DNA of 64,000 bases from Catajapyx aquilonaris (Eukaryota), in the NCBI GenBank assembly GCA_000934665.2, contig JYFJ02001311.1, positions 1 through 64,000 of the forward strand, given 5' to 3'. Shown here piece after piece: positions 33,563 to 48,379 of the stretch; the first letter of the stretch is position 1, and every line of letters starts with the position of its first letter. The notes beneath the pieces are model-generated. The model worked only from the letters and a program-made list of their open reading frames with translations, was not told where the DNA came from and did not search any database. The translations under genes and the position numbers were made by a program.

Positions 33563-36500
33563 TGTCACTCGGGATTGTTGGCGGTAACACTTCGAAAAAT
33601 ACACGTCTGACTCCGAGGACCTCCTGCACTGGACTGGCTGCCTCCAGAGGGGGCAAAATGCTGGGGGGAAAGAGGGTGGAAGGTGGAGGGGGAAAAGATA
33701 AGCTCCGCCTACAAAGTGACGTCACTGCTGAGGAACTTCCACTTGTAACACTGTTAGCGCATTTTTGTATAGATAACAATGCAAGAAGCTCAAGTTAATC
33801 TACATGCAAACGACAGCTAAACTCGGCCCATCAAAACAATTTTAAAAAATTAAAAATGCAAATTTTCATATTATTATTAATAATAACAATAATAATTAGT
33901 CGTTATATTCATTATGTGACATACCGTATTTTTAATTTCGAAAATGTGGTAAGGTCACGCAATGTCACATTTTTTTGGGGATGATTTGGCTTATCGATTG
34001 ATTAGTACCAATATTTTCGACGAATTCTTGAATGGTCGTTGACTCGGTCGAAACAAAGATATGATAGTTGTCGAGCCTGGGAGGAGGATATGGGGTTAAA
34101 TAAGAAAAAGAAAAAAAATGTTTTTGGAAACATTCCCACACATTTCCGGAGCCCCGTTGTCAGGGACATTCAAGGTCGAATAGGATAGGCTAACAGGACT
34201 TGAGAAAAAATGGCGTTTGAAGAACACACAAAAAAAAAAACTCGATTCAACTCCACCCTGAGGGGGGGTTTAGGACCTGTAATTTAAAAATCATGGGAAA
34301 AATCTGCGGTTCTTTTCCAGCCATAATTTCGGCCTGCCCTACTCTTAGACACAAACCCTTTTTAGTTTATAACAGGCATCGAGATTTGTGTCTTTATACA
34401 GCACGACAAGCTAGATATAAAAAAATCGTAAAAAATACTATATACTGAGGAATATACGCTGTACACGTGATTTATTTAAAAAAACGGTCGTAATGATTAC
34501 ACGGCGAAGGTTATTTAATGATCCGGAGTAATGCACCCCACATCATAACAGGGCATTCACATACGCTTATTTGTAATGTTTATTTTTATTTTTGCAAAAC
34601 AAGCGATTGCATTTTTTACACAGGCAGAAAATTGTGAGTATCTTGGAATGATACTAATTTATTTAGAAAAACGACATATCGCTTTAAAAACTTGCTTGCC
34701 AAAAAAACTGTGCTGTGTGAACGAGCCTTAATAAGATAACCAGTGTTTTCGGTCTCCTGGCACAGGCGTGAGAAGGCAGGTGCATTTCACCGTTCCTCAT
34801 TGTCGGACACACAACAGACTCGTCTTTCAAGTGCACATCCTCGATAAACCGCGCTGGTGTTTACTAACGACACCGAGTCGATCAATCCTGGAGACTCGCG
34901 GCTGTCAACACCACGTGGGAAAATTACCTGCCGGCAGTATTATTAGTTTGGCTTCTTCACCGAGACGCCGAATTGTTGAGGCCATGCCAAATACGCGCGG
35001 CCTTTCAAGGTGCTGTTCAAACACTTTTGGATACTATGCGGATGGTATGCTTTTAGAATGGAATGTAATTCAAGAATGGGTCATACCGTTTGCCCAATTT
35101 TTAATCCGTTTATAATGAACGGATTATTTTGGATTGTTATTTCAAATGGGGAGGCACTGTTGTGCACTTGTTTTAGCCCTGTACTCTAAAGTTAATTAGG
35201 CTGTTTTCTAGAATTGCTACTGAGATAGCCGTGTCGTAAAAGGTAGCAGCAGGCAGCCGAATGAACTTTTGCGCCGAAAACAGGGGTGAAGCAACCCATT
35301 GTTGTTTCAAGATTATGATAGAACTTCCGGGTTAATCCTAGCTTTAGAAGACATTGCTCCTACATAGCTGCTCGATAAAATGAATCTGCAGCAAACAACA
35401 TAATCATTTGCGGATTGTTCTGTACACAACCCATTGTTGCATATATTTAAACTGGTTGCTGGTTGGGCCAACTCTATATAGACATGCAGTAGGTTCAGCC
35501 AAGGTTAGACAACCCCTGCACGCAATTGACCAGCGCAAGTTACGCAACCAACGCCCATCGGTCGGTCCCTTTTTGACGTGTGAAAGAAATAAAAAGGACG
35601 TCACAAGATGAATCAAACCCTAGAATCAGTCCATCGGGATGGGGGCAGTCTAATCAACGCTTATTCGGCCCCTGGTGTGCGTGATGTGACTTCCACACCC
35701 CAGCCCAAATAAAAACTTGCTCTGGGTGGAGAAAGGCAAAAGGGGGGTCCTTGTGTATATGTATGCAACCCTACACTATTTTGGTTTGCACATTGGTTCA
35801 AGATGGGTGACCATACTGCGCTTTCTTGGAACAGCAGCATTGCCAACATGGCGGAATTTCATGTCGTTGCCCTCCGCTGCATTATTATTCGCTAACAATT
35901 CTCTTTCCTCTGGGTGTATTTATGGATTTCAACTACTCTGGCTGACACTCGAAATCCTTTCGCCAGATAAGAGGAGTTGGCACAAGCGAAAAGACGTGAC
36001 CTGGCGAAGTGGTCACGTGCGAGGCACCTTTTTTTGTGATTTTCACGAAGCTGCATTAAATGTCCCCAACTGCTGCCCCTTGCATTCAACGACCTGACTG
36101 GCCCTTTTTTATGGATTCTCATTAACATATGGCTAATTTCTTCATTTTTGCTGAGGTTATGCCCATACTTAAGAGTTTACAACACAAAGAGACGATTTAT
36201 GCAAGAAAAATTCATTTCCGCATTGTAACAAACGTATTCGGTCATTTTTTAAACCATTTTTGCATAATATTTTTAATTTTTGCAAAGTTCAATTTGGCAA
36301 TCCACAAGCCTAAAGCCGAACCCGTTTGCTATTGTGCAAGGTCGTGAAAGAACGTTTGCGCTCATTTTTCCGCTCGCCTGCAATTCGTCGCAAATATTTC
36401 GCACTTCATTTTCCGAATCAAAAGAATCTCCGTTACTTAAAAAATTTGCCCACCATGTATAACTGAGAACCGCGACAAAACCATGTCCTCACTCTCCATT

Positions 36501-39500
36501 CAAGCATTTTATAATTCGAACGGGCAAGGTCGGCCATCTTATTGAGAGCGCAATTTGACGCCACATTTTGGCCCACTCCTAATAATTGAAGGTCTCCACA
36601 TCAACCAAGCTGTCCTTTAGATTTGATTAAAATGGGTTTTTACTACGGTATATATCCGACTGTTGGTTGCAATATATGCCAAACCATTATAAATATCATT
36701 CCGCAATTTTTTTGCACAAAAATGTGAGTCAAAATTTAGGGCATTTCCTGGTACTTGAATTTTTGTGCAATCAATGTTCGAAGTTAGAGTATCGTATCGG
36801 CCAGCAATGTAGAGCACATCCTTTGAGCGGATTTTTTAAAACCAGTTTTCTTCCGTGCACATGCACACATTTGAATTTATGGGTGGTTGTGGTCGCGTCC
36901 GACAGTGAATTCTACTCGGATATCAGTTTACGACCGGTTTGGAAGCAGGCAATTTTATGGATCCGGGTACAGGAACTCGGAAGAAAGAATGAAAAAAAAG
37001 AGAAGGGATTACGTGACTATGCGAATATTCTTTGCAACTCATCATCTCCAGAAACCTCCTTTTCTTCTCCAAATCCTTAAATAGCCCTTGGTTATATGGC
37101 GGCCTTATGACGCCAGCATGTCCGTCAGTGCCGGAAGAAAGTCTGGAAGCCCTGACCACATACCAGGTCCTAATAGCATCAGAGATATGAATATCATGTC
37201 CCGCACTATACACCCAACTGTGGCTAGACAATGTGCATATCTTGAGTGTCTCAGTGTGTGTGCGTGGCACATGTCTAGTCCATCAATCCTATCGTCTTCT
37301 TTTCTTTCCTTTTTTTTCTTTCAAGTATTCCTTGTCTGGAAGTCAGGCTCCCCTGTGGATATCATGGGAGCCTGAACTAGCCTGTTTAGAATAGTTGTAA
37401 TAGCACCTGCTTATCATGGCAGACGTTTCCTCTTGGTGAATGAATTGTCCGGAGGTGAGCTTTCGTGCATTTTTTTAAATCACGTCTATCAGATCGGATT
37501 GGTATGCATAAATTATGTGCTGAGATCAAACTGATTTTCAATCCAATGTCCATATAAAGTGCGGTTGGGTTACTAACCCGCAATTATCACCACCGGTTCA
37601 TATGTGCGGGCGTACCTGAAAGATAGTTTTATGCTCGGTTTTATGGGGATATGGCTTTGAAGCTCGGGGATAACTGGATAAGAAAATGTGTATGAAAATC
37701 TGATAACTTAGGTTTTTTACGTACGGTACACTACGTAATGCACAGCACAAGATTTTTATGGCATGATTTTGTTTCCATGTCTATAATCCTTGCATGTATA
37801 ACAATAACTTGAAGTAGCAATGCGTAGTTCTGTAGTCTACTCCTTGAGTTATATTTAGCATTCATGTCGTCTATGTATGGCGTCATCATATTCTTAATTA
37901 TGTTTCGCCCCTGCCCTCCTCCCTTTGTTAGTTCTCACCTTAGCTCTTTTATGGCACCTTCTGTATTCTGCAAGCCAGCCACCCAGAAAAACAATCGATA
38001 TTGATATTAGTGGCGCACAAAAAATATAATCACTTTGCATACGTCAAGAGATTCAGAGCAGATAAAATAGAGGAGCTTCCAGTAAAAACTTTTCTGGTTC
38101 AGTAATTTACTTATGCAGCAGTTACTTTGCACCTGTCTGGAATGAAATTCTGGCAAAAATACGATGAAAATAATTATTTAGACACGCCACAATTTGTTGC
38201 ATTGCATCAGTTACTTCTGCATAATTTAAATTTCAGTAACAGTATTTCTTTCTGTCCAGAAATGAATCATCTTGAGAAAACGTCCCTGTTTGAGTAGCTG
38301 AAATGTCAGCCGGTAACGGTTTTCAGAAGCACGTGGAGCTGGCGTGGTTTTTCCGTTTACGACTCCAAACCCAGTGTACAGTCAGACCAGACGATTGTTT
38401 TAGAAAATTATGAAACACTCGTGTTGTATGGCCTAGCATCATTCTTACCATCAATAATAGCTGGAATGACGAACAACGGCCTCTGACCTCGTTCAACACT
38501 TATAAATGTAAGTTGTTTAAACACGGTGCCCAGTTACAGAAAGTGCAGCAATAAACAAACCATGACATTAGGCTACAGGTTGATGAAATATGGTGCTCCA
38601 CATTCCTGGCCACAATATTTTAATTTAAATGTACATTATCCCTGCTACACGCTGGTTCCGGGCTACAATGTTTCCAACACAGTTTGAGATCCACGTTGCA
38701 CCTTCCTACGTTCCTTTGTTATTCCAGCATGGCATCCCGCGAAGTAGCTTCGTAGAAAGGGGTCACATACCTGGCTGTAATTGCTCTTTCTCGGGCTGGG
38801 AGGTAGTCTGGGGCGTTTAGTCTACCTTGCAGACCGGCTTTGGGGAGGTTTATAAGAAGGGTGGAAGAGGGGGGGGGGGNGGGGGGGGGGTATGCATGAC
38901 CACACGCAATGACCTCTCCCGCCAGTACCACTCTTCACCATAATATACCATTGGAGTCTCCAAGACCCCAACCCTTATTTGCGAATAAAAAAGGGGGGAA
39001 TCCGCGACAAAGGAATTGAGACAAAAACATGTCCGGGGAGTCCTGAAGGGTGCCAGTCGTGTCCCACTACGAGCCCCATGGAAAACTTGCCTAGTCGGAA
39101 TAATTGGCGGTGCAACTAACCTTCACGTGGCCCCATCAAGCGAGTGCGTGTGTCCTGCGTATTTTATAGGACCGGCGAGGCGGTTCCTCGGGGATTAATT
39201 CCTTCCAGACGGCTAAAAAATTTCCGAATTAATGAGCGCTTTGTTATTACACAGCGAATTTATTGGGCAAGAAAATGCATGTCTGTGCGTAAATAATTTT
39301 AATCAGGACTTTGCGTTAAAAAAATCCATTAAAATATTTTGATATGTATTAAGGAGGGGCATAATAAGTTAGGGTGGGAGTAAATGGCTATGTATTTTAA
39401 ATGTGCCTGACTAGTTCCCCCTTCCACCCGCCAGAGGCGTAGCCTCTCCCCGATGCGCAGGCGCAGAACAGGGGACCAATGGGAAGCGTCGCTAAAACAA

Positions 39501-42058
39501 TATCCGGCGAGACAATAAAAATCCTTGGCCATACAACGCGGGATTTTAATATTATAGATGCGCGACATGACTGTGCTCTCCTAATATCACAGTACATATT
39601 GAATATTGCACACACGATTAAATAGCATATCGCAAATCCATAATAGGCCCTATTCAGAGTATGTCCCCACGTAATTAATCCAGCTTAGAGCATCAGCCCC
39701 TTATGTGAATGCATTCCAACGCTCGTTAGGCTCTCTCGGCGGAACGTTATGTCACGACAAGTGTGACTCTCCAAGCAACACGGACAATCCTCAAGTTCAA
39801 TAGCCACTAAGCGCATTTGGCTCAGTTATAATTACCCTCCAAAGATGACTAATACCCTAACCGAATGGGTCACGCACGACGGATCCTCAAGCCCAACAAC
39901 TTCCCTTATTCTTCTCGGATTTCCTGGTTGAGGAATCTTTATTCGGTTCGACTGCATGTAGCCCACAGTAACACAGACGAATGGAAAAATCGCACGCCAT
40001 CGTCTCTTTCCTTTTTTTCCGCCTCATCCCCCCCTTTATAAAGACTACCCCCTGCAAATTATTTCCTATTGTTTCAATCCATCCTTAGACAACATCTCTC
40101 GTCTGTTTTCACCCATTGTCCCAAACCCACATTAGAGGGGTGGGATGTTGATGAGACTTCCTAATCATCACTGACTATAAAACTCGTCCCCCTGTGAAAT
40201 TGGTCATTGCTTGGATGATGTGTCAGGGGGGGATGTGTCCTGGTCTAATTGAAGCTCATGTGTTTGCCCCCCCACTATGCCACGATTGCCCAGAAGAAAC
40301 GGTTACAGTGCGGAAACCATTAGGTTCAGCCTGGTTCGTGAGTGGTTGCCCACAAAAGAAAATTGGTCGTAGCACACAGTTTTACCACCTGGAAGATGCA
40401 TGTCCGCGTATATGAGGATGCCCCTGAATTGGAAGGTGCTGGCTCAAATGGTGGTGTTTTTCTACACGGTCACGTACTGCGAGTGCCTGCGCGCATTATT
40501 TACAGCAGGGGGTGCTTGGTATTATTTTTACACCCTTCACTGTCACATTACTTAATGAATTCAGCACGATTACATTGCAAGTTGTTGGTAACAGCCCTGG
40601 GATTTTCGGTTGATATATAACTGTCCCCAACAGGACGTGATATTAATGGCTGGAAGGAAAGGGGAGAGTAGCTGGTGGTTGACGTGATGTATGTCCTGGT
40701 GCTGTTCACTTACACGGTGAACAATAAGGTAGGCACTGTGGGCAACTCAATTACACCTTTATGAACCATCTAGATATTGAAATGTTTGCCGATGCGTTAC
40801 ATAAACCTACAGCTTCATTGTCATGTAAGAGTCACGCCTCTTTTACGAGCCAACCGGTATCAATGCAACAAAATAAAAACCAGTTTTATGCCAATACCTA
40901 CAATAAAAATTCCATTCGCAATGCCATACCTCAGTGACTCAATTTATTGATTTGAACCATCAAGTTAGAAGAGCATATGCACCATTCCGGTTCTTAATGA
41001 CCACAACTCGGATGTCTGTAAAACCAGTCGCGACTTCCTCAGCCACGGACTTTTCCTACATCGTAAAGCACTTCCCGACAAAAGAAGTTCAGCAACCGAC
41101 ACGAAATTTTAGTAGAACTTGCCTCCCACTTTACCGCCGCAATGAGGAAGAGAAGTTTAAGCCTAGCATCAGACTAAATAGTCCGGATTAGTGAAGCGGG
41201 ACGTTCAGAAGTTGCTCTCCAGTAAGCTCCTCATGTGCCTTCCAGCGGAATAATTATTAAAAAAAGTTTTTCTTGCTCCATACCGAGGTTACTAGCGAAA
41301 GTGAAAGGAGGGTTCTCATTTAAAAAGAACTAAAACCCCGCCTTGAGAAAAACAAAAAAAAAGTAACATAATAATAATAACGATAAATTATAAAGCGGGA
41401 CATGACGTCTTCACGCTCATACGTTACTCGTCCCTTTGTCTACATAAAATGTGCAAGGCCAATCGAATTCATTTGCTGGGCGTAACGAACACAAACGCAC
41501 GCGCCCTCACTTATTCGGACTTTATCACCCGAGTCGATTATTATTCGTCAGCAGGATTTCACAGCAGGTAGAGGTCAGATTCTTGGCCACAAAAACAACT
41601 TCTCCTTCTTTCTATTTTTCCAACGCTATAGAGAAAGGGGGTATATGATATGGCCAAGGAAAAAGTGGGTGGTTGCCCCGTTTCTTAATCACGTTTGGGT
41701 CGGGGACACTTGAAGCTTTGTCATGTGACACGCCCAATTTTTATTCACATGCGTAACTGACGCAACTGAAGAACATTTGCTGTGTCATCTATGGAACGTC
41801 GGTATATCGACACACTTCCGCTTATATTTATACCCGCTGTAATGTAAACATGAGACACCTACACCCAGGCGGTTATCCTTGGCAAGGAGAATTGTCTTCC
41901 TGCTGCAATGGTCAATCACACGTGTGGTACAAATTTTCTGATCTCAGCTGGAGTTACATAAGAAAATGGGTCACGACAGACGTGCAGCACCTGCCTTTGG
42001 GGCGTCTTCGAACCGCCAAAAAAAACTGAATCGAAACAAGGCATCCTTTAGCTTCCTT

Positions 42059-42249
42059 ATTAAATCCAGGGCAGTCGTGAAGACCCATTGAAATAACCAG
42101 TCGACACGTTTTGCACGGGGCACCTTCTGATGTTCCTGCACCGTCTAATCTTCTTCCTCTTTTTAATCCAGCCATAAGAAACTGTCCAGATAGCTGATTA
42201 AATCCAGGGCAGTCGTGAATTCCTACTGAAGAATCTAGTCGACACGTTT
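42059..42249. repeat. Diverged ~53-bp direct repeat, offset 138 bp
   Basis: ATTAAATCCAGGGCAGTCGTGAA at 42059 and 42197; AGTCGACACGTTT at 42099 and 42237. Confidence 0.85.
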
Positions 42250-45200
42250 GTTATCATGTCGCGTCATGCAGGCGGCCATCTTGCCTAGCAGGATAGACCT
42301 AGCTTTTTGTCTCCAATCCAATTTTGTCACAGCGTGGCATAGATGAATCCTTTCTCTCACGCCCATCATAAAGTGAGAAAAGAGATTGGTACGCATCAGT
42401 CCTCTCCTGCAGCGCATGAGAAGACGTCTGATCGGACTCTAAACCAGATTTTTCCCACTCCCTCAGCTACGAAAAACCTTTCACTCGATACGATGTATTA
42501 CACCATCAAAAGAAGAAGGGGGTGTGGGGAAGTGGGGGGGAGATCTCACTCATCTCAAGGGGTTGATGATGATGATGATGGCGCTGTTGCTACACATTGT
42601 CCAATTTCCCAATCGTTCAATCAAGTGGGGCTTCCTCCTGAAAGCGCCGTTATTGAGGGCGTCAACTCCGTTTTGCTAAATCATGAATACAGTGCACTTT
42701 AAATTCCGTGACAGATCAGAAGACTAACCTGTGATTAGGCATAGTCCACTGTTCACCGTGGTTGAACATTATAACTTTACCCACGAATAAGGAGCTGTTC
42801 AAAGAGTCCTCTGTGTGCAGTATATATACCATTGCTGTGTCTGCAGTAATGAATAGCATGACAGAAACGAGTTTAAAGTACTCTGCAATATCCACAGACC
42901 ACAGAATTAATAATTTAGACAAAGAAAATTCTGGAAATTCTAAACGTGTCCAACTTTCCAGGGTAAGTGAATTCAGATCCGTGGAGCTCCTTCCTCCGTA
43001 GAATGCACCATTTCTGTTTTACAAACTAATCCGAGCACGCCATCCAGCAGATGTAAGAATGCATGAAAAATACATTCACCTTTCATATATAGAGGAGGGA
43101 AAAAACACCAGCCATGTCTCGCATGCTGAACTGTACGACACAAGGTTTTCCAGACGTGAAAACGAGAGTACAAAATGCTTTCTTCCTCTCTTTCTCCTGG
43201 GGGACAGCGGTGAAATTCTTGCTCTGCATATAAACACCGGATCTTCACACCGAAGACACAGCATGTAACAATGCAACCAAGTCTCGTCCACAAATCAATG
43301 GAATGACTACTGTACCGGTGTATTCGACAGCGAAAGTCCTCACTTTGTTACTCCATTTTCTTACACTTTATACTTTCTCTTTGCACTGTGATGACTAGTC
43401 TTATCTCGTGGGTTCGTTTTTTCTCTCTTCCTTTTGCTCGAATATTTGTAACCCCCCCCCCCCCCCNCCCCCCCTCTAAAGCCACACCTCGTCATTACAA
43501 CGCTGATTCCACACGACCCAGACGAAGAACGGAGTATCGAATTATAACGGGTCGCGTAATCGGCGTTACGTGCCCTCAAAAATTTCCTCTAGAAAAAAAA
43601 ACGGCCTGGCAACACTACAAACACCCGGCTGACCACTAAATGCGGTGGTCAGCTTTTACATAATAAGACACTCCCCAAATACCGAAAAAAAAGTGCAAGG
43701 TTCTTCGGTGGCATGCGAGCCATGCTAATAGGTAACTGTACTGGCAAGCAGCTGGAGCGTGTCGAAGGACTTGTCTCCTGTATGTATAGTACACCAGAAG
43801 CTTTCAGAAAAGCAGCAGTTTGGTCCTAACTATCGTCTGGATAAAAAAATAGTAGCTATTTGAAAAATGGTCTCCCTCAGGTGACAACTGTTCGAAATAC
43901 ACGAATGGACGACCTTTCCGTACGGCCTCCGCCCTCTTTGGCAGGTCCCCACAAAAGGACACAGTGTGCATCGGGGCGGGTCTCTTTACCACCCAAACAC
44001 ATATATACACACACATAGGTTATGTTTCCCGCCTAGCTTTTTAAGGGCAGTGTAATTGCCCACAAAACCCACTCGGAAAAATATAGAACTTATAATGCGG
44101 CAGATTGTAATTGAGCGATATCGGATTATTGCGTTTAATAGCTTGTGGCCTACATAGTGTTTCATAAATGACAACTAATATTGGGGCCTGTAGATTTATA
44201 AGGTGTGTATAAATCATACATATCTACCTGGCAGTATTGTACATACACCTGGAATAATTTACGGCCACTCTTTGCTTAACGACCCAACAATGGGCCTAAG
44301 ACAATTATTCCTCGAGTGTATACCTGTTCTCCAAGGTTAAGTCGACATTCGTTACAATAATGTATCCAAAAATTATTGCCACATTTCAGTTAATTATTTT
44401 TAATTCATTATTTTATGCTAAGAATTTATTAATTGGTGACATTGTGGAAAATAAGTCAGCAGGAGAGAGCAGACAACATATACATCAAATTAACCAGGAA
44501 ATTATTACAGCCTTGTATTTAGTAGTGAATAATGGGATGGCATTTTTTAAAAGAGTGATTTGAATCAGTTCGGCTTGCTGCAGGGATTACTACCGGGGTA
44601 TACAGAAAGAAAACTTTGGCATCAGATCAAGTATGGTCGCCTGGGTAATTCCACCAGGCTGGTCACGTAGCTATAGAGGTGCGCAATGTCATGCAGACAA
44701 GGACAGCCATCCCACTGCCATAATGCGCTGATGCAAAACGTCAATTCAACCCCCCNAACCGCTCATTCTAAGGATCTGAATGGAAGAAAAGGGGGAACCA
44801 CAATTGGTAAAAATTGTGTTTGGAAAGATTTGGGCGGAAAAAAAAGTGGACCCGGTACAAGTTACAGGGCGTCAAATCCGAATGGGATAAAAGGGGGAGA
44901 AAAAAAGAGAGGGTGGAGTGCACCAAAATACACGCGAGACGAGGGGAAGAAATGTTTCTCAGGGGTTGAAACAGGGAGGGGTTAGGAAGGTCGACTAACT
45001 ACTCTCACAAAAAGAGCTTGGGAACTGAATGAATAAAATGCCTCAAACTCAGCCTGTTATGGTAACGTCGCCTTTTCGTGCCCTTGTGATGTTTTGTCAG
45101 AGAGGGAAACCGCCTTGGACATTTTTTTATTTTATTTCAGGAAAAAAATTGAAAAAAATCATGGTCATTCGATCATCTTAAGAGACAGATCTTGATAGGG

Positions 45201-46298
45201 GATAAGTATCTCGCGTGTCATTCAAGCCTGAAATTCAGTTGATTATTGATATAGCCTCAAGGTTAACGCGATTTAAAAATAGTGATAGGTGCCATTGTCT
45301 TCAAACGACAGATTTATGTGCGACGTTTTGCTAACTTAATTTCTTTTTTGTATTTTACGTCATGGGCGTATTCGTTAGGAAAGTTTTGGGGCGAATTCCT
45401 ACGGGGGAAAAGCTTTGGGCAACAACCTGAGAGACGTGATGCGATTTATCAAATGCTGGTTGTGATCAAAGTGGGAAGGAATGCTGTGTGAGGGAAAATC
45501 TACGCAAAAATCGGAACTTATCAGATGGGGAAGTTTGCAAAAAAAAAGGAGGCGGAGAAATCGGCAAGTTAATGAATTTTATGCAAAATGGCGTCACCGA
45601 CTTGCAATGTTTTAATCTTTGCGATCATCAGATTTGGAAGCAGAAAAAAAACAATTGTTATGAAGAATGCAGGCCGCATTATGCAAATAGCAACATTGCA
45701 TTCGATGCTAAACTTGAAGCAAGGTCATAGCTTGCATGCTAAACCAAATATATCACATACCTGGCTTCTAGCTAATCGCTTCCCACTTCCAGGCTTATCT
45801 TCATTGCGAATATTGATTCTGTTGTGGGCAGACCTTATATAATAACGTACTTGCCACATAAAGCATAATGCAAATTTCTAAGCAGCGCAAAAATTTGTCG
45901 CAATATTCCGACATGATGGATGAGCCAAGTGGAACAGAAAAAAAATACATGGCAGGGTATTATATCAGGTAGCAACCGTAAAAGTCCTTGCAGCATAACG
46001 CTATTGGACATGACTGCTTGCGCATTAGCCTTGAACAGGAACCGCCAAAAAGGTAGGAGTTGCAGGAAGACAATTTGCACACACAGAGTATTTGGGCATT
46101 GGCGTGTGATAGACAAGCGAGAAAATACCGGGTAGGTGTCGTTTAGAATATATTTTAAAAACAGGGTCGTAGTTCATTATCAGCAGACGCCTCCGGTTTA
46201 TATGTGATTAATAATATGCGACCAAAGTGGTTCGCGAATTCAGCGATTTCAAGTTTTGCAACCCACGTGGGACCTTGTGCCGGATTTTTAAACCAGAA

Positions 46299-46322
46299 AC
46301 ACACACACACACACACACACAC
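46299..46322. repeat. (AC)12 microsatellite
   Basis: Direct read. Confidence 0.95.
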
Positions 46323-48325
46323 GTTAAAAAAAATGGCATAAGTAGTTCTGAAGGACTCACGCTCTTCATCTGCACATGTAATCGGTTTGATCCGTGTGCA
46401 TCTCTTGCCCTACTTGCTCCATTACGTAAAATCGCATCTTTTGCCCCACTTATTTTTTCCCAGCGGCATTTCAGCCTCAATTGTGACGGAAAACGATGCA
46501 GCGCATAACGGAAACGACGTTACGTTTCTGCAATGTTATTAAGGTGTATAATCACTGCAATTTGGTTGTGACACACAATGGCAAAGGGATTCACAATGTT
46601 AATGATGCTCCTTCTTGAGAAAAAAAAACTGTGGTATAGTCATGGTGACATTGAAATTGGATCCCTGTGTTCTCACATTCCTGCATATACGTGTCACGTT
46701 CCACTTATTTCTGTAATGCCAAAGTTGCACTGCTACATTTCTCGTGTCAATGTATTCTCGAGTCACGAGGCCTGCAACACATTTACAGGCGTCACAGGGG
46801 TTTAGACCCACATTATTACACGTGGTGACAGAGGTGAATGGCATTACCATCATAACCACACGTTTTACCACTTCTACAAGCAGTGAACTGATTTTGTTAG
46901 TGGCATCCTAGCTATTTTAATGTTTTTCAGTTGTTACAAAATTCTGTGGTTTATCTTGATGTTTAATAAATTTTTTGAATTGCTTCTTAATGCTTGCATA
47001 ATCTCTTGCCATGTTTAAAAAAATTGCTTATCCAATTCGTCCTCCGCTTTGCAAATGTCCCCCAACTAACATCCCTATTTGGACCCTAAACCCGTCCAGA
47101 GACCCCCACGTCACTCCGCAACAATGACCTTCCACCTCAGATGAAGATATCCTCCAATGGTCTGGTGATCACTCCCTTACCACCATTTTTTGTAAAAAAA
47201 ATCCTGGCTCCTCTTTTCCAATTCCTTCGAAGACGTATCCAGCAGCGTGATGAGGTTATTGTCACCCCTAGTTGTTGAGAGCAGTGGCATGACGAAAGGA
47301 AGTTGGAAGAGGAGGGCACCACAAAGGATAGCTCCAGTAGCTCAGAAAGCGTTGGAGCTCAACGAACGACCTTCTCACACCTGCAGGGAAGGCCACTCAC
47401 CTTGAGGCAGGACATCTGTTATGGGGGTGGGAGGAGGACCAGGACTTTGAAGGGGGAGGAAAGGGGAAGGAGGGGTGACCACCCATAATCACAACAATTA
47501 GGAGGAATGCTGGGTGTGTTGCATCCTCGGGCCATGTTCTTTGCTTGTTGGCTGCTTTCTCTATGCGGATGCAGACGGGGTGTAATTCATGGTAAAAAAG
47601 GTTAGAGGAAAAAGTGTGTGCAACAATGGAAGAAGGGTATTGACTCTATATAGAAACTAGTGTAAGGAGAAGCAACAATGATTCACCAAACTGTGTACAG
47701 TATATTCCACTTATCATACTGCAAGGTGTTAACGCAAGCCAGCTTATCACGATTCCTGGCGCTTATCACCATGATGTTTACTGTCGGTGAAGGTGTGAAC
47801 AGCCGGATGAGAAAGAATGAGGAAAAAGGGTAACCGACGATAAGAGATTCGGATTAGTCCATCATGCTTCTTGACGTCCGCACAATATCTGCACTGCATA
47901 TTATATTTGTATGCTTCTGTGATAGTGAAAAATGTACGGTTTATTAATACCTAGACCTATTATGCTGTATAATGAACATCACGCCGCGGCGACTTTAAGC
48001 AGTTTTTTTTCAACCACTTCCCCATGTCACTCACAGTCATGCAGGGCCAGATCCCACCTCAAAAAGTACATCACGCCGACACGCCCCCTTGCTCTTTTTT
48101 TCACGCAAATTGGCGTTTGCGAATTTACCTTCAGATATTAAAGGCAGCTCACTCTAAAGTTGACATCTACCTAAATTACTCTCTCTCAAAAAAAAGTTAC
48201 TTGAAACTCATGCAGGTCACGTATGAAGGAGGAGCAATGTGAGAAATCCATATCTCCTCACAATGATCTATTTAAAAATGTGGTCAGAACAAAAATTGCA
48301 AATTTCTGCTCAAGTTATCAGATTA

Positions 48326-48379
48326 CAAGATGGCGGATCCAATATGGCAGATCCAAAGTGGAATATCCAAAATGGCAGA
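48326..48379. repeat. Degenerate 14-bp tandem repeat x4 (CAAnATGGCrGATC)
   Basis: caagatggcggatc caatatggcagatc caaagtggaatatc caaaatggcaga. Confidence 0.8.

Noticed and set aside
33519..33779. 86-aa Pro-rich minus-strand ORF overlapping the paralog B start
   Set aside because: TTG start, out of frame with the kinase; explained by a pyrimidine-rich 5' UTR.
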